64,000 bases of DNA, from NCBI GenBank assembly GCA_021838785.1, contig JAKCCV010000004.1, positions 83,537 to 147,536 of the forward strand. Direction: 5' to 3'. Source of the stretch: Acidobacteriota bacterium (GTDB lineage: Bacteria; Acidobacteriota; Terriglobia; UBA7540). Made by a program: the position numbers and the translations under genes. Shown here piece after piece: positions 38,873 through 48,997 of this stretch; positions within the stretch are counted from its first letter, which is position 1, and the number at the start of each line of letters is the position of its first letter. The notes under the pieces are model-generated. The model was not told the DNA's origin, made no database searches, and saw only the letters and a list, made by a program, of their open reading frames with translations.

Positions 38873-39625
38873 CTACTCAGCCGTGGGTTCCGACAGAAAT
38901 TCGCGAATTTCCCGGAGCACCCGCTCGAACATAGGCATGGTTAGCCGCCCGGTTTGGGTGTTTTGCTGGCTTGGATGATAAGAGGCAAACAAGCGAGGCA
39001 GGCCACCGTGTAAAACGTAATTTGCGCCATGCCGGAAGTGAAATCGCGCACGGGGTGGCATGGGAGCGCGAGCCGACGCCCAGACCAAGCAGGTATCAAA
39101 TGCCACCCGCCCCAGGGCCAAAATCACCCGCATATTTTTTAACAGAGCCAATTCACGCTCAAGGTACGGATGGCAATTTCGCAACTCCTGCGGTGTGGGT
39201 TTGTTGTCGGGCGGGGCGCAGCGAACCGAGGCTGTGATGTAACAATTGCGCAGGCTGAGGCCGTCCTGCCGATGGCGAGCGATCGGTTGGGAGGCGAATC
39301 CGGCCTCGTACAGCGCTTGATAAAGAAAATCACCGGAACGATCTCCGGTGAACATACGACCGGTGCGGTTGGAGCCGTGCGCTCCCGGTGCCAGCCCCAA
39401 AATGATCAGTTGGGCCGCGAGGTCGCCGAAGCCTGGCACGGGTTTGCCCCAATAGGTCCAGTCACGATATTGGCGGCGCTTCTCGGTAGCCACTTTTTGG
39501 CAGTATTCGCGTAGTCGTGGGCAAAGCCGGCAAGCGATAATCCGGCGATTGAGCTTCTCCAGCGCAGCTTGCCGGTCCATTTCTTTAGCCGCGAGGGATA
39601 ATGCTTTGGCGGAAGGGTTTGCCAC
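38873..39625 (-). CDS. uracil-DNA glycosylase, family 5 (UdgB)-like, Fe-S type
   Basis: CRLCPRL, GLAPGAHGSNRTGRMFTGD (family-5-type motif A lacking the family-4 Glu), SYHPSQQN. Confidence 0.75.
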   Translation of the reverse strand: MANPSAKALSLAAKEMDRQAALEKLNRRIIACRLCPRLREYCQKVATEKRRQYRDWTYWGKPVPGFGDLAAQLIILGLAPGAHGSNRTGRMFTGDRSGDFLYQALYEAGFASQPIARHRQDGLSLRNCYITASVRCAPPDNKPTPQELRNCHPYLERELALLKNMRVILALGRVAFDTCLVWASARAPMPPRARFHFRHGANYVLHGGLPRLFASYHPSQQNTQTGRLTMPMFERVLREIREFLSEPTAE

Positions 39626-39887
39626 CGAGAAACATGTTAGGGCTATTCTCCGAGCCGTGTCAATTTCAAGGGTGCCAGCAGATCTTTCACGTTAGGATGC
39701 GTCTTCACAGTTGGAGGCTCCCGTTGGCGGTCAGGTGATGTTCGTGCCGCATCGCTCCGCGTGCAGGAGTTATCTTCCAACCGCACCGGCGACAACGCGG
39801 AGACGAGCCGTTACAATAGCGGGCGCTCGGGTCGAGCGGCTGGGCCTGATCTTGGGTCGGAGTTCCTTCACCGGGCCGCGCAAGCTC

Positions 39888-42344
39888 ATGCATTCTGAAA
39901 CCCTGCCACCAAGACGCCCAAGCAATTACCTGGATAATGCCGTGGCCATTCAAAGGGTTCAACTCAGGGTAGAAATCGTCAGGCTCTTGCTGTCGGCGAT
40001 CGCGCTGCTAACGCTCGTGGCCGTGGTGACGGGGCTTGCTCGGGCATCGCAACCGGGCAATGCAGTTCGGAGGGTTGGCAAAAAGCTTGCGAAGGCAGGA
40101 AGCAAAGAATCGCTGCCATTAAGAGGGGAGGTGCGCGACCCGACGGGCGCGGCTGTCGTCGGGGCTCAAGTGGTTTTCAAGTCAGCACGCTTTTCCGCGC
40201 AGACCACCACCGACCGCCGGGGACAATTCTTCTTTCGCTCGATACCGGCGAGGAACGGCATTGTGACCGTGACTACCAGCGGCTTTCGGACGACCCGGAA
40301 ACCTTGGAGCGGGAGGAGCCGCGAACCGCTGGCCATCACGCTCGAGCCGGCGCTGTTGCGGCAAACGGTAACGGTGACGGCGACGCGCACGCCAACGCCG
40401 CTTGGCCAAACCGCCGCCGATGTGCTGGTGTTGACGCCTGAAGAGGTCGCCACAGCGCCGGCTTTAACACTCGATGACATGCTGCGGCAGATTCCCGGCT
40501 TCACCCTGTTCCGCCGCTCTGGCAGCCGGACCGCCAATCCGACCTCGCAGGGCGTCTCGCTGCGCGGCGTGGGTGCAAGCGGCGCGAGCCGGGCGTTGGT
40601 GATGGCGGACGGCATTCCCCTCAACGACCCCTTTGGCGGCTGGGTTTATTGGGACCGCGTGCCGCGCGCTGCCGTCGAGCGAGTGGAGGTGGTGCGCGGC
40701 GGGGCGTCAGACCTCTACGGAACCACGGCCATGGGCGGAGTTGTCAATTTTATTACCCGCAAGGCAAGCCATCCCGGATTGACGCTGGACACCTCGTACG
40801 GCAACGAAGACACGCCGGACGCTTCCCTGTGGACAGGCGTGAGCTTCGGTGCTTGGAACGCCGCGCTCTCGGCAGAGGCCATGAGCACGGAGGGCTACAT
40901 TCTGGTCGCGCCGAACGAGCGAGGTCGCGTGGACACGCCGGCGGGCCAGGAGCATGAAACGGCGGATTTTCGACTGGAGCGCCGATTTTCAAGCGCCGGA
41001 AGCCTTTTTGGCGAAGCTTCCATCTTCCGCGAAACGCGAGACAACGGGACGCCGCTCACTTACAATCGAACCCACTTGCGGCAGCTCGTTTTCGGAGCCC
41101 ATTGGGCGACGGCCGAAGCGGGCGTGTTCTCGCTTCACGCCTACGGCGGACCGCAACTGTTCGACCAAACGTTTTCGGCGGTCGCGGCCAACCGCAATAG
41201 CGAGAGCCTGGTGGATAGCCAGCGCGTGCCGGCTCAGCAAGTCGGCCTCGACGCGCAATGGTCGCGCGCGCTGGGGTCGCGCCAGACGCTCGTGGCGGGT
41301 TTCGACGCAAGCCAAGTGCGCGGCGCCAGCGATGAAATCTCTTTCTTCCATGGCCGCGCCACGCGAGCGACGGGCTCCGGCGGACGGCAACGCAACGTGA
41401 GCGTTTTTGGAGAAGACATCCTCCAGCTTACCCCGCGATGGAGGGCCACCCTCGCGGCACGGCTGGACGATTGGAAAAATTTCGACGCGCTTTCCACCAC
41501 TCGTCCGCTCTCCACCGCGGGTCCGGTGACGGTGATTCGTTTCCCGGAGCGCATCGAATCCGCCTTTAGCCCTCGCGTGGCAACGCTTTATCGGCTGACG
41601 CGGCGTGTTTCGCTGACGGCGTCGGCTTACCGCGCCTTCCGCGCTCCCACGCTCAACGAGCTTTACCGGAATTTCCGCGTCGGCAACGTGGAGACGCTGG
41701 CGAATTCCGCGCTGACCGCCGAGCGGCTGACCGGCGCCGAAGCCGGAGCGGAATGGAGCGCGTTTCACCGTAAGCTTAGCGCGCGCGGAACTTTTTTCTG
41801 TAGCGATATTTCCGATCCCATCGCCAACGTGACGCTGAGCGTGACGCCCAGCCTCATCACCCGCGAGCGGGAAAACCTGGGCCGAACGCGTTCGCGCGGC
41901 TTTGACCTGGACGTCATGTCGCCCCTCTCCCGAACGCTTTCTCTCGAGGCCGGCTATGAGCTGGCGGACTCGACCGTCGTCAGTTTTCCCGCCGAGCCGG
42001 CCCTGGTGGGACGGCGAGTGCCGGAAATTCCACGCAATTCGTTCAGCTTTCAGGCGCTTTACTCGAACCCTGCGGCGGGCAAGAGTCTTCAACGCTGGAT
42101 TGTTTCTGTTCAAGGACGATTTACCGGCATGGCGTTTGACGATGATCTCAACACTCTTCCGCTCGGCAGCTTCTTCACCGTGGATGCTTACCTTGCCCGA
42201 CCGCTGGCCCGTCAGGTTGAAGCCTACGTGGCGGCTGAAAACCTGAACGACAGCCGGTACGCCATCGCGCGGACGCCCGTGCTTGAGGTCGGGCCACCCA
42301 CGCTGGTGCGAGCAGGCATCCGAATTAATTTGAGCTGGCGCTAG
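39888..42344 (+). CDS. TonB-dependent receptor with CarboxypepD_reg-like N-terminal domain
   Basis: LRGEVRDPTGAAVVGAQVVF...GIVTVTTSGF (regulatory fold). Plug (TPEEVATAPALTLDDMLRQIPGF, RGASDLYG). Barrel ending VRAGIRINLSW. Start uncertain (TTG 39711 or ATG 39888). Confidence 0.85.
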   Translation: MHSETLPPRRPSNYLDNAVAIQRVQLRVEIVRLLLSAIALLTLVAVVTGLARASQPGNAVRRVGKKLAKAGSKESLPLRGEVRDPTGAAVVGAQVVFKSARFSAQTTTDRRGQFFFRSIPARNGIVTVTTSGFRTTRKPWSGRSREPLAITLEPALLRQTVTVTATRTPTPLGQTAADVLVLTPEEVATAPALTLDDMLRQIPGFTLFRRSGSRTANPTSQGVSLRGVGASGASRALVMADGIPLNDPFGGWVYWDRVPRAAVERVEVVRGGASDLYGTTAMGGVVNFITRKASHPGLTLDTSYGNEDTPDASLWTGVSFGAWNAALSAEAMSTEGYILVAPNERGRVDTPAGQEHETADFRLERRFSSAGSLFGEASIFRETRDNGTPLTYNRTHLRQLVFGAHWATAEAGVFSLHAYGGPQLFDQTFSAVAANRNSESLVDSQRVPAQQVGLDAQWSRALGSRQTLVAGFDASQVRGASDEISFFHGRATRATGSGGRQRNVSVFGEDILQLTPRWRATLAARLDDWKNFDALSTTRPLSTAGPVTVIRFPERIESAFSPRVATLYRLTRRVSLTASAYRAFRAPTLNELYRNFRVGNVETLANSALTAERLTGAEAGAEWSAFHRKLSARGTFFCSDISDPIANVTLSVTPSLITRERENLGRTRSRGFDLDVMSPLSRTLSLEAGYELADSTVVSFPAEPALVGRRVPEIPRNSFSFQALYSNPAAGKSLQRWIVSVQGRFTGMAFDDDLNTLPLGSFFTVDAYLARPLARQVEAYVAAENLNDSRYAIARTPVLEVGPPTLVRAGIRINLSWR

Positions 42345-42800
42345 ACGGTTTACCGCCTGTGCTGAGTAAGCCGATCACCATCAATAACTTGCGAGATGTG
42401 AGCGCTTGCCGGCCGCATCCGGGCCGCGGCAGTGCGACGGCTGGCACAACGCAAGAATCATGCCGCGGCCACAAGGGCCATCGCGCACAGGTTGCCGGTA
42501 CGTGACACGTAGTCGCGACGGTGTTGTTTCCGTCGCGGGTATGTTGGGAAGCGTTGTGGAAGCGCCCGCGACACAGAGAGCAGTGCCGCGGCTACCAGCT
42601 TCCCCTCCGATCGCGGCAGAGATGAATGCGTCGGTTTGGAGCGTTTCCGTCCCAAGGGATCGGCGTTCCGCGGGCAATGCAGATGGCTGGTCATGCCTCC
42701 TCTCGAGTGTCATGATGGCCCCTCCTGAACGGCCTAGCCGGATTATATCAGGATTCATATTTCGGGGAAGGGAACCGCATAGAGAGGTCCCCGCCTCAAC

Positions 42801-42830
42801 TTGACAATGCGCAACGCCTCTCGATAGCAT
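42801..42830 (+). promoter_or_regulatory. sigma-70-like promoter motif upstream of the lipid cluster
   Basis: TTGACA (42801-42806), 18-nt spacer, TAGCAT (42825-42830). About 230 nt upstream of the 43064 start. Confidence 0.35.
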
Positions 42831-43063
42831 ACGAAACGGTGCGCTGCCCACAGCCAAGCGAGCGCGTTTCCGTGGTGAGTGTCAAAAGGGTGAGCCCGAG
42901 CCGGTGGGCGAAACGGCGGCTTTGCGTCGTTATTCTATTCCAGAGGACACTCCCGAGGGAGTCGGCGGCGTGAGGCTACAAGGATGCCGTCGGCGGACGT
43001 GGCGCGGCGAACCCGCGACATCCCTTCGATTCCCTACGAGGCCCCAGTGCGTGAGGTTAGCTC

Positions 43064-44605
43064 GTGACCGACGTCGGCGAAGCCTTCCGTCAAAATGAAA
43101 TCCTGCTGACCGGCTCCAACGGCTTTCTGGGCAAAGTTGTTTTGGGGCTGCTGCTCGACCGTTATCCTCATCTCAAGCATGTTCATTTGTTGCTCCGTCC
43201 GGGAACCTATCCGAGCGCGGCCGAACGGTTTGAGCATGAGGTTCTGGAATCGCCCGCCTTGGTGGCGGTTGTCGAGCGATTAGGTCGAGCTCACCTCCGA
43301 AAGAAGGTCACGGTGTGGGAAGGAGACCTGGGGGAGGAGGATGCGGGGCTTTCTGCCGATGATCTCGAACGCCTACGTGGGCGGATTCAGGTGATTATCA
43401 ACTGCGCCGGAAAGGTGGATTTCTTCCCGCCCGTGGATGAGTCGCTTCGCGCCAATGTGGAAGGCGTCGAGCACGTGGTCGGGCTGACCAAGAAACTCGG
43501 CGCCAAGCTGGTTCACGTCTCCACGTGTTTTGTCGCCGGCGAAGCCGAGGGCTTGATTGAGGAAAGTGATGCAATTCTCGGCTTTTATCCTCGCCGACGC
43601 GATGGGCGCGACCTCAGTTTCGACCACCGACGAGAAATCGAATATTTGCGCGATCAAATTCGTTTGATTGAAGAGAGCGCGGCGGGAGCCCCGCATCTCA
43701 AAGAATCGCGTGAGCGGCGGGTGGCGCTGGGGCGGCGGCGTGCGGAGCATTGGGGGTGGGTGAACACTTACACCTACACCAAAAGCCTGGGTGAGCAGAT
43801 CATCGCTTCCGATCCGGATCTCGATTGGGCCATCGTGCGGCCGGCCATTGTGGAGAGCGCGTTGCGGTTCCCCTTTCCAGGCTGGATCGAAGGGGGGCGC
43901 ACGGCCGCGCCTTTGGTCTTGATGGCGCTTGGAGGAATGAAGCATTGGCCGGTGCGCCGCGACACGCCGCTCGAGGTGGTGCCGGTGGATTTGGTGGCCG
44001 CGGCCCTGCTGGTCGTGGCCGCCACGGTGCTGTGCGGGCGCCATGAGCGGGTTTATCAGTTGGGCACGGCGGACGTTCATCCCATCCGTTTGGGCCCGCT
44101 GGTCCATTTGCTGGTCCGAGAATCGCAGCGACGCAACCGTGGCAACGGCGGCGTCTCCCGGATGTTCCGCTGGTGGGTGGGCGCAGGTCCGGCGCGGATA
44201 GTTACGGCCTCGGAGATGCGTCGCCGGCGCGAACGTTTTGAGCGGCGCCTCCGCAAAATTCAGAATCTGCTGGAGGGGATGAACCGCATGGCGCGCACGG
44301 CCAGCCTGCCGGGCCGGCGTTCGCTGTTCCAACTGACCTCGAAGCTGCGCACCCTGGAATTGCAGGCCAAGTTCCGCGAGCAAACCCTCGACCAGTATCT
44401 TCCCTTCGTGTTGCACAATCGCTATATCTTTGAGTCAGAGAACATCCGCGCCGCCTACGCTCGGCTCACGCCGCGTGACCGCGAATTGCTTCCGTGGGAT
44501 CCGGAGCACATCCACTGGAAGAAGTATTGGGTGGAGCATCAAATCGAAGGCATTGAGAAGTGGGTGCAGCCGGAAGCGGTCAAGGAGTGGGCGTTCAAGA
44601 TATAA
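43064..44605 (+). CDS. fatty acyl-CoA/ACP reductase-like SDR (NAD_binding_4 / male-sterility type)
   Basis: ILLTGSNGFLGKVV (Rossmann GxxGxxG), HVHLLLRP, VSTCFV, YTYTKSLGE (YxxxK). C-terminal helical extension. GTG start. Confidence 0.8.
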   Translation: MTDVGEAFRQNEILLTGSNGFLGKVVLGLLLDRYPHLKHVHLLLRPGTYPSAAERFEHEVLESPALVAVVERLGRAHLRKKVTVWEGDLGEEDAGLSADDLERLRGRIQVIINCAGKVDFFPPVDESLRANVEGVEHVVGLTKKLGAKLVHVSTCFVAGEAEGLIEESDAILGFYPRRRDGRDLSFDHRREIEYLRDQIRLIEESAAGAPHLKESRERRVALGRRRAEHWGWVNTYTYTKSLGEQIIASDPDLDWAIVRPAIVESALRFPFPGWIEGGRTAAPLVLMALGGMKHWPVRRDTPLEVVPVDLVAAALLVVAATVLCGRHERVYQLGTADVHPIRLGPLVHLLVRESQRRNRGNGGVSRMFRWWVGAGPARIVTASEMRRRRERFERRLRKIQNLLEGMNRMARTASLPGRRSLFQLTSKLRTLELQAKFREQTLDQYLPFVLHNRYIFESENIRAAYARLTPRDRELLPWDPEHIHWKKYWVEHQIEGIEKWVQPEAVKEWAFKI

Positions 44606-44752
44606 TAAGGCGAAGTGCCGGGAGGCTGCTGCGTCGAGTGAAATGAGGCTGAGGCAGGGCGTTTCACGGTGGGCAGCGACGGCGGAGGCGGGCGCATCAA
44701 GGCCTGCTCGGCGCGGCGGGTAACCGCCCGAAACCTTAGAGGGCGAGATTCC

Positions 44753-47572
44753 ATGCCCACGGAAGTTCATTCCACGGACACGGCGACGGTCGAAGGTCAA
44801 GTTCTGGAAATTGTCCGCCAGTTGTTGACCGAACTGGGCTCAACCCGCGCCGCCGAGACCGCGACGCTCGACTCCTCGCTCGAACGCGACCTGGGATTGG
44901 GCAGCCTGGAGCGAGTTGAGCTTCTTGTTCGCTGTGAACGGCGCTTGGAGGTTCGGGTTTCTGACGAGGCTCTTCAACGCGCCGAAACCCCGCGCGAATG
45001 GGCCAAAGCCATCCTGTCCCGGACAGGCGCTCCTTCCGCCGCGAGCCGTTATCGCATCGCGCAACCCTCGCGCCTGCCTCCTTCGGCTCCGGAGACCGCC
45101 CAGAATTTGGTGGAGGTGCTTCGTCACCACGCCGGCATTGACCCGGAGCGCGTCCATGCCCATCTGCTGGAGGGCGACTCCGGCCAAGATATTTCCTACC
45201 GCCGATTGATGGAGACTGCAACGGAAGTGGCTTTGGGCCTGACGGCCAAAGGACTCGAGCGAAATGAGGCCGTGGCCATCATGTTGCCCACGTGCGCCGA
45301 CTTTCTCTACGCCTTCTTTGGCGTGATGTTGGCAGGCGGCATTGCCGTTCCTATCTATCCTCCGGCGCGCCCGGACAAAATTGAGGAATACGTGCAACGA
45401 CAAGTTGGCATCCTGCAGAATGCCGGGGTGCGGCTTTTGATTAGCTTTGGACAGGTGAAATCTATCACCGACATCCTTAAGGTTAAACTACCCTCCCTCA
45501 CAGCGGTGAGTACCGTGGAGGCGCTACGACAGGCTGGCGAACAGTCGTCGCTGCTGGGGCGGGACCCATCGGAAATCGCCTTTATCCAATACACCTCCGG
45601 CAGTACCGGCGACCCCAAAGGGGTGGTGTTAAAGCATTCGAACATCTTGGCCAACATCCGTGGGATTGGCGGAGCGGTAAAAGTTCGACCCACCGATATC
45701 GTCGTGAGCTGGCTGCCGCTTTATCACGACATGGGGCTCATCGGTGCGTGGTTGTTTAGCGTCTATTACGGACTGCCGATTACGTTGTTTTCCCCACTGG
45801 CGTTCTTGAGTCGGCCGGAGCGATGGCTTTGGGCGCTGCACGATTCGCGCGGAACCTTGTGTCCAGCGCCGAACTTTTCCTATGAGCTATGCGCCCGCAA
45901 GATTCCCGAAGCCTCCCTCCGAGGTCTGGATTTGAGCGCTTGGCGAATCGCCATCAACGCCGGCGAGGCGGTGCTGCCGGATACCTTGGAACGTTTCGCG
46001 GAACGTTTCCGCCCGTATGGCTTCCGAGCGGAGAGCTTTGTGCCGTGTTATGGTCTGGCGGAGTCATCGGTGGCCCTGGCTTTCCCGCCCATTGAGCGAC
46101 GACCGGTGATTGACCGCATTCGGCGGGATGCCTTTGAAGCGGAAGGGAAAGCGATCCCTGCGGACCCCTCCGACCCCAGCGCGTTGCGCTTTGTGGCCAA
46201 CGGTCGCCCCATGCCCGGCCATGAAATCAGAATCGTGGATGAGGCGGGGCGCGAGTTGGGCGAGCGGATTCAAGGACGCCTGCTTTTCCGGGGACCCTCG
46301 AAGACGGAGGGCTACTTCCGCAATCCCGAGGCGACGGCCGCCGTCACCACCGAAGACGGTTGGATGGATTCCGGAGATCTCGGCTACTGGGCCGACGGCG
46401 AGGTGTACATCACCGGCCGACGCAAGGATTTGATTATTCGCTCCGGGCGGAACATTGTGCCGCAAGAAGTCGAATCAGCCGCCGCCGAGGTTCCAGGGGT
46501 TCGGCGAGGTTGCGTGGCCGCTTTCGGGTCGCGCGATCCGGAGAGTGGAACCGAACGTCTGGTGGTGGTCGCCGAAACGCGAGCCGCCGCCGAAGACGAC
46601 CTTCGACGGATCGAACGCGAGATTATGGAGCACGTGGCGGCAACCATCGGCGCGCCGCCCGAGCGCGTGGAATTGGTGGCGCCGCACAGCATCCCCAAAA
46701 CCTCCAGCGGGAAGATTCGCCGCAATGAAACGCGGACTCTTTACGAGCGCAACCAACTCAAGGTGACGCGGCGCGCCCCCATCGTTCAAATTCTGCGGTT
46801 GCGACGAGAGAACCTGGGACGTTGGGCCTACCTTCGATGGCGTCAGGCGTGCGAATACGGTGCGCGACTTTATTCCAAAACCGTAGTGGCGTTCCTGGGG
46901 ATGGTAGGCGGGGTTTCCGCTCGGCTTCTGCCGCACGCTTTGGCAGCCTGGCCCGTGCGGGCTGCTGTGCGTGCGACGCTGGCTCTGACGGGCCATCGTG
47001 TGAGGACGCAAGGGCTGAATCAGTTGAACCAGGAGGGGGCAGCCTTGATCGTGGCCAACCGGGCCGGTGTGTTTGACCCGCTGGTGCTGGCGGCGATACT
47101 CTCGCGGTCGTTCGTGTTTGCAGACGCGGAAGTCCTGAGCCCCATGCCTCGCATGGCGCGATTCCTCTTGAGCGCGCTGGTCGCGCCGCCGGTTGAAGAG
47201 GTCTTGGCTCCGCCGGGTGGCACCTTGCGGCAACGCATCGCCGCGCAACTAAAGCGAGGGGAAGCCGTCGTTGTCTTTCCCGATGGGCCGGTAGCCAAGG
47301 CCGCGGGGATTAGCCGCTTCCGGCTCGATGGATTCCAGGCAGCCGCCGCGAGCTCGGCGCCGATTTATCCGGTAGCGATTCAGGGCACCGCTCCGCTGCT
47401 CGTGAGTCACGAGCGAACCGCGCTGCGCAGCGCCGTGAATGTTTCTGTGGGGAGTGCGGTCGCTGCCGCCGGAGAATCCCGCGAACTTGTGCGATGCCGC
47501 GAGCGGGTTCGCGAAGCCATTGCCCACCTGGAGCTGCAAGCGCCGGCCCCGGAGGCAAAGAGTCGGCGTTGA
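44753..47572 (+). CDS. tri-domain acyl carrier protein / fatty acyl-AMP ligase / PlsC-like acyltransferase
   Basis: N-terminal carrier domain (DLGLGSLERVELL). AMP-binding core (FIQYTSGSTGDPKGVV, YGLAESS, SGDLG, GRRKDLI, PKTSSGKIRR). C-terminal AGPAT-like domain (VVFPDGP, IYPVAIQG) with motif I reading ANRAGVFD. Confidence 0.85.
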   Translation: MPTEVHSTDTATVEGQVLEIVRQLLTELGSTRAAETATLDSSLERDLGLGSLERVELLVRCERRLEVRVSDEALQRAETPREWAKAILSRTGAPSAASRYRIAQPSRLPPSAPETAQNLVEVLRHHAGIDPERVHAHLLEGDSGQDISYRRLMETATEVALGLTAKGLERNEAVAIMLPTCADFLYAFFGVMLAGGIAVPIYPPARPDKIEEYVQRQVGILQNAGVRLLISFGQVKSITDILKVKLPSLTAVSTVEALRQAGEQSSLLGRDPSEIAFIQYTSGSTGDPKGVVLKHSNILANIRGIGGAVKVRPTDIVVSWLPLYHDMGLIGAWLFSVYYGLPITLFSPLAFLSRPERWLWALHDSRGTLCPAPNFSYELCARKIPEASLRGLDLSAWRIAINAGEAVLPDTLERFAERFRPYGFRAESFVPCYGLAESSVALAFPPIERRPVIDRIRRDAFEAEGKAIPADPSDPSALRFVANGRPMPGHEIRIVDEAGRELGERIQGRLLFRGPSKTEGYFRNPEATAAVTTEDGWMDSGDLGYWADGEVYITGRRKDLIIRSGRNIVPQEVESAAAEVPGVRRGCVAAFGSRDPESGTERLVVVAETRAAAEDDLRRIEREIMEHVAATIGAPPERVELVAPHSIPKTSSGKIRRNETRTLYERNQLKVTRRAPIVQILRLRRENLGRWAYLRWRQACEYGARLYSKTVVAFLGMVGGVSARLLPHALAAWPVRAAVRATLALTGHRVRTQGLNQLNQEGAALIVANRAGVFDPLVLAAILSRSFVFADAEVLSPMPRMARFLLSALVAPPVEEVLAPPGGTLRQRIAAQLKRGEAVVVFPDGPVAKAAGISRFRLDGFQAAAASSAPIYPVAIQGTAPLLVSHERTALRSAVNVSVGSAVAAAGESRELVRCRERVREAIAHLELQAPAPEAKSRR

Positions 47573-47625
47573 ATCGGTAAGCAACGGGTCATGGGCTCCA
47601 GAACGCCCCTCGCCCGCGGAGACTC

Positions 47626-48279
47626 ATGTCTGAGAACTCATTTTGCGTCCTTTTGATGCCTCATCTCCTGAGCGGATTGATCCTCCGGCTGGCTGTCTGT
47701 TTTCTGCTCGGCTCAATCCCCTTTGCGGTGATTTCGATGGCGGGGAGCGGCCTCGACATTCGCCAAGTCGGATCGGGCAACCCGGGGTTCAACAACGTCC
47801 TGCGGGTTTCAAAATGGCGCGCGGTGTTGACGCTGGTGGGGGACATGGGCAAAGGCGTGCTCGCCGTATGGCTGGCGCTCGAAGCTTGGCCGCTGCCTGG
47901 CCTGGGCGCTGCCCGGATGCCGCTCGGTTGGTTGTTTGGCTTTGCCGCCATTTTGGGCCATTGTTACTCTCCGTTTTTGAAGTTCAATGGCGGCAAAGGC
48001 GTAGCCACCTCCGGTGGAGTGATGTTGGTTCTTTACCCACCGTGGGCCGTGGTGGCGCTCGCTTATTTCGTCGTGGTTCGCATTGCGCTCGGCAAACTGC
48101 ATTGGCGCGAGGCCGGGGCAACCACCTCCATCACCACCTGGGTTCTTTTTACTTTGCTGATGTTCTTTGCCGTGGGGCGGATGGATGGCGCCTACGCGGC
48201 GCTCATGACCCTGTTTTTGGCCTGGCGACACAAGAAAAATTTCCTAAACCTGTTCACCCCGACACCTGAGAAAACTTGA
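47626..48279 (+). CDS. plsY: glycerol-3-phosphate acyltransferase PlsY
   Basis: LLGSIPFAV, GSGNPGFNNVLR, GDMGKGVLAV, ILGHCYSPFLKFNGGKGVATSGG. Start may be the internal ATG at 47656. Confidence 0.9.
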   Translation: MSENSFCVLLMPHLLSGLILRLAVCFLLGSIPFAVISMAGSGLDIRQVGSGNPGFNNVLRVSKWRAVLTLVGDMGKGVLAVWLALEAWPLPGLGAARMPLGWLFGFAAILGHCYSPFLKFNGGKGVATSGGVMLVLYPPWAVVALAYFVVVRIALGKLHWREAGATTSITTWVLFTLLMFFAVGRMDGAYAALMTLFLAWRHKKNFLNLFTPTPEKT

Positions 48280-48316
48280 TGCTGACCGTTTCCCAGCATC
48301 CGCTCTCCTATCTTGG

Positions 48317-48997
48317 ATGGACACCACGAAGCGTTTAGCCTTTTATGACTTTGACGGTACCTTGAGCTCGGGAAACGTGGTGCGGCGCTACGCGTATTTT
48401 TGCCTGCGCCAACCGTCGCGGGGACGAGCAGCCTTCAAGTTTTCCAAGCTTTTGCTAACGATTCCGGCGTGGCTGGTGCTGGACCTTCGCTCGCGTCGCC
48501 ATTTCAACCAAGTGTTCTACCGTGAGTATCGGGGGCTTCGAGAAGAATGGTTGCACGCCCAATCGGAACGGCTGTTTGAGGACGTGGTGCGGCCCAGCCT
48601 CTATCCCGGTGCCACCGAATTGATTGCTCGGGATCGGTCGGAGGGTTACCGACCCGTTCTGGTTTCGGGCGAACTCGACTTTGCTTTGGACCGCGTGGTA
48701 CGCTACCTTGGATTTGAGGGAGTCATCTGCAATTCCCTTGAATTCAAGGACGGCGTTGCGACCGGGCAGGTCGTGCCGCCTCTTATCGCAGAAGAGAAAA
48801 AGGTAGCGGCCATGCGACGCTACGCGGATGCTCAAAGGGCAAAACTGGAAGAGGCCAAAGCCTATTCCGACAGCTTCTCCGACCTGCCAATGCTGAAAGC
48901 GGTTGGCCATCCGACGGCGGTTAATCCCGACCGGCGCTTGCGTCGAGTGGCCGAGGCGAGCGGTTGGCCTATTATCTCTCTACAAAAAGCACCATGA
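48317..48997 (+). CDS. HAD-IB family hydrolase (SerB/phosphatase-like)
   Basis: LAFYDFDGTL (DxDxT), VLVSGELDF, AYSDSFSDLPML (motif IV DxxD). Confidence 0.8.
   Translation: MDTTKRLAFYDFDGTLSSGNVVRRYAYFCLRQPSRGRAAFKFSKLLLTIPAWLVLDLRSRRHFNQVFYREYRGLREEWLHAQSERLFEDVVRPSLYPGATELIARDRSEGYRPVLVSGELDFALDRVVRYLGFEGVICNSLEFKDGVATGQVVPPLIAEEKKVAAMRRYADAQRAKLEEAKAYSDSFSDLPMLKAVGHPTAVNPDRRLRRVAEASGWPIISLQKAP

Noticed and set aside
39626-39887. Cobalamin or other riboswitch upstream of the TonB-dependent receptor at 39888.
   Set aside because: No B12-box-like (AGCCAGGAGACCUGCC-type) sequence or other recognisable riboswitch core was seen by eye.
42381-42857. 158-aa ORF (or a 110-aa version from the ATG at 42713) on the minus strand.
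   Set aside because: The internal ATG has a good RBS context, but the composition shows no clear coding bias, no motif and no neighbouring gene logic. It is kept only as a remark inside the spacer finding.
47643-48269. 208-aa ORF overlapping plsY in another frame.
   Set aside because: The 47626 frame carries all the PlsY motifs. The alternative frame is Arg/Gly-rich with no motifs.
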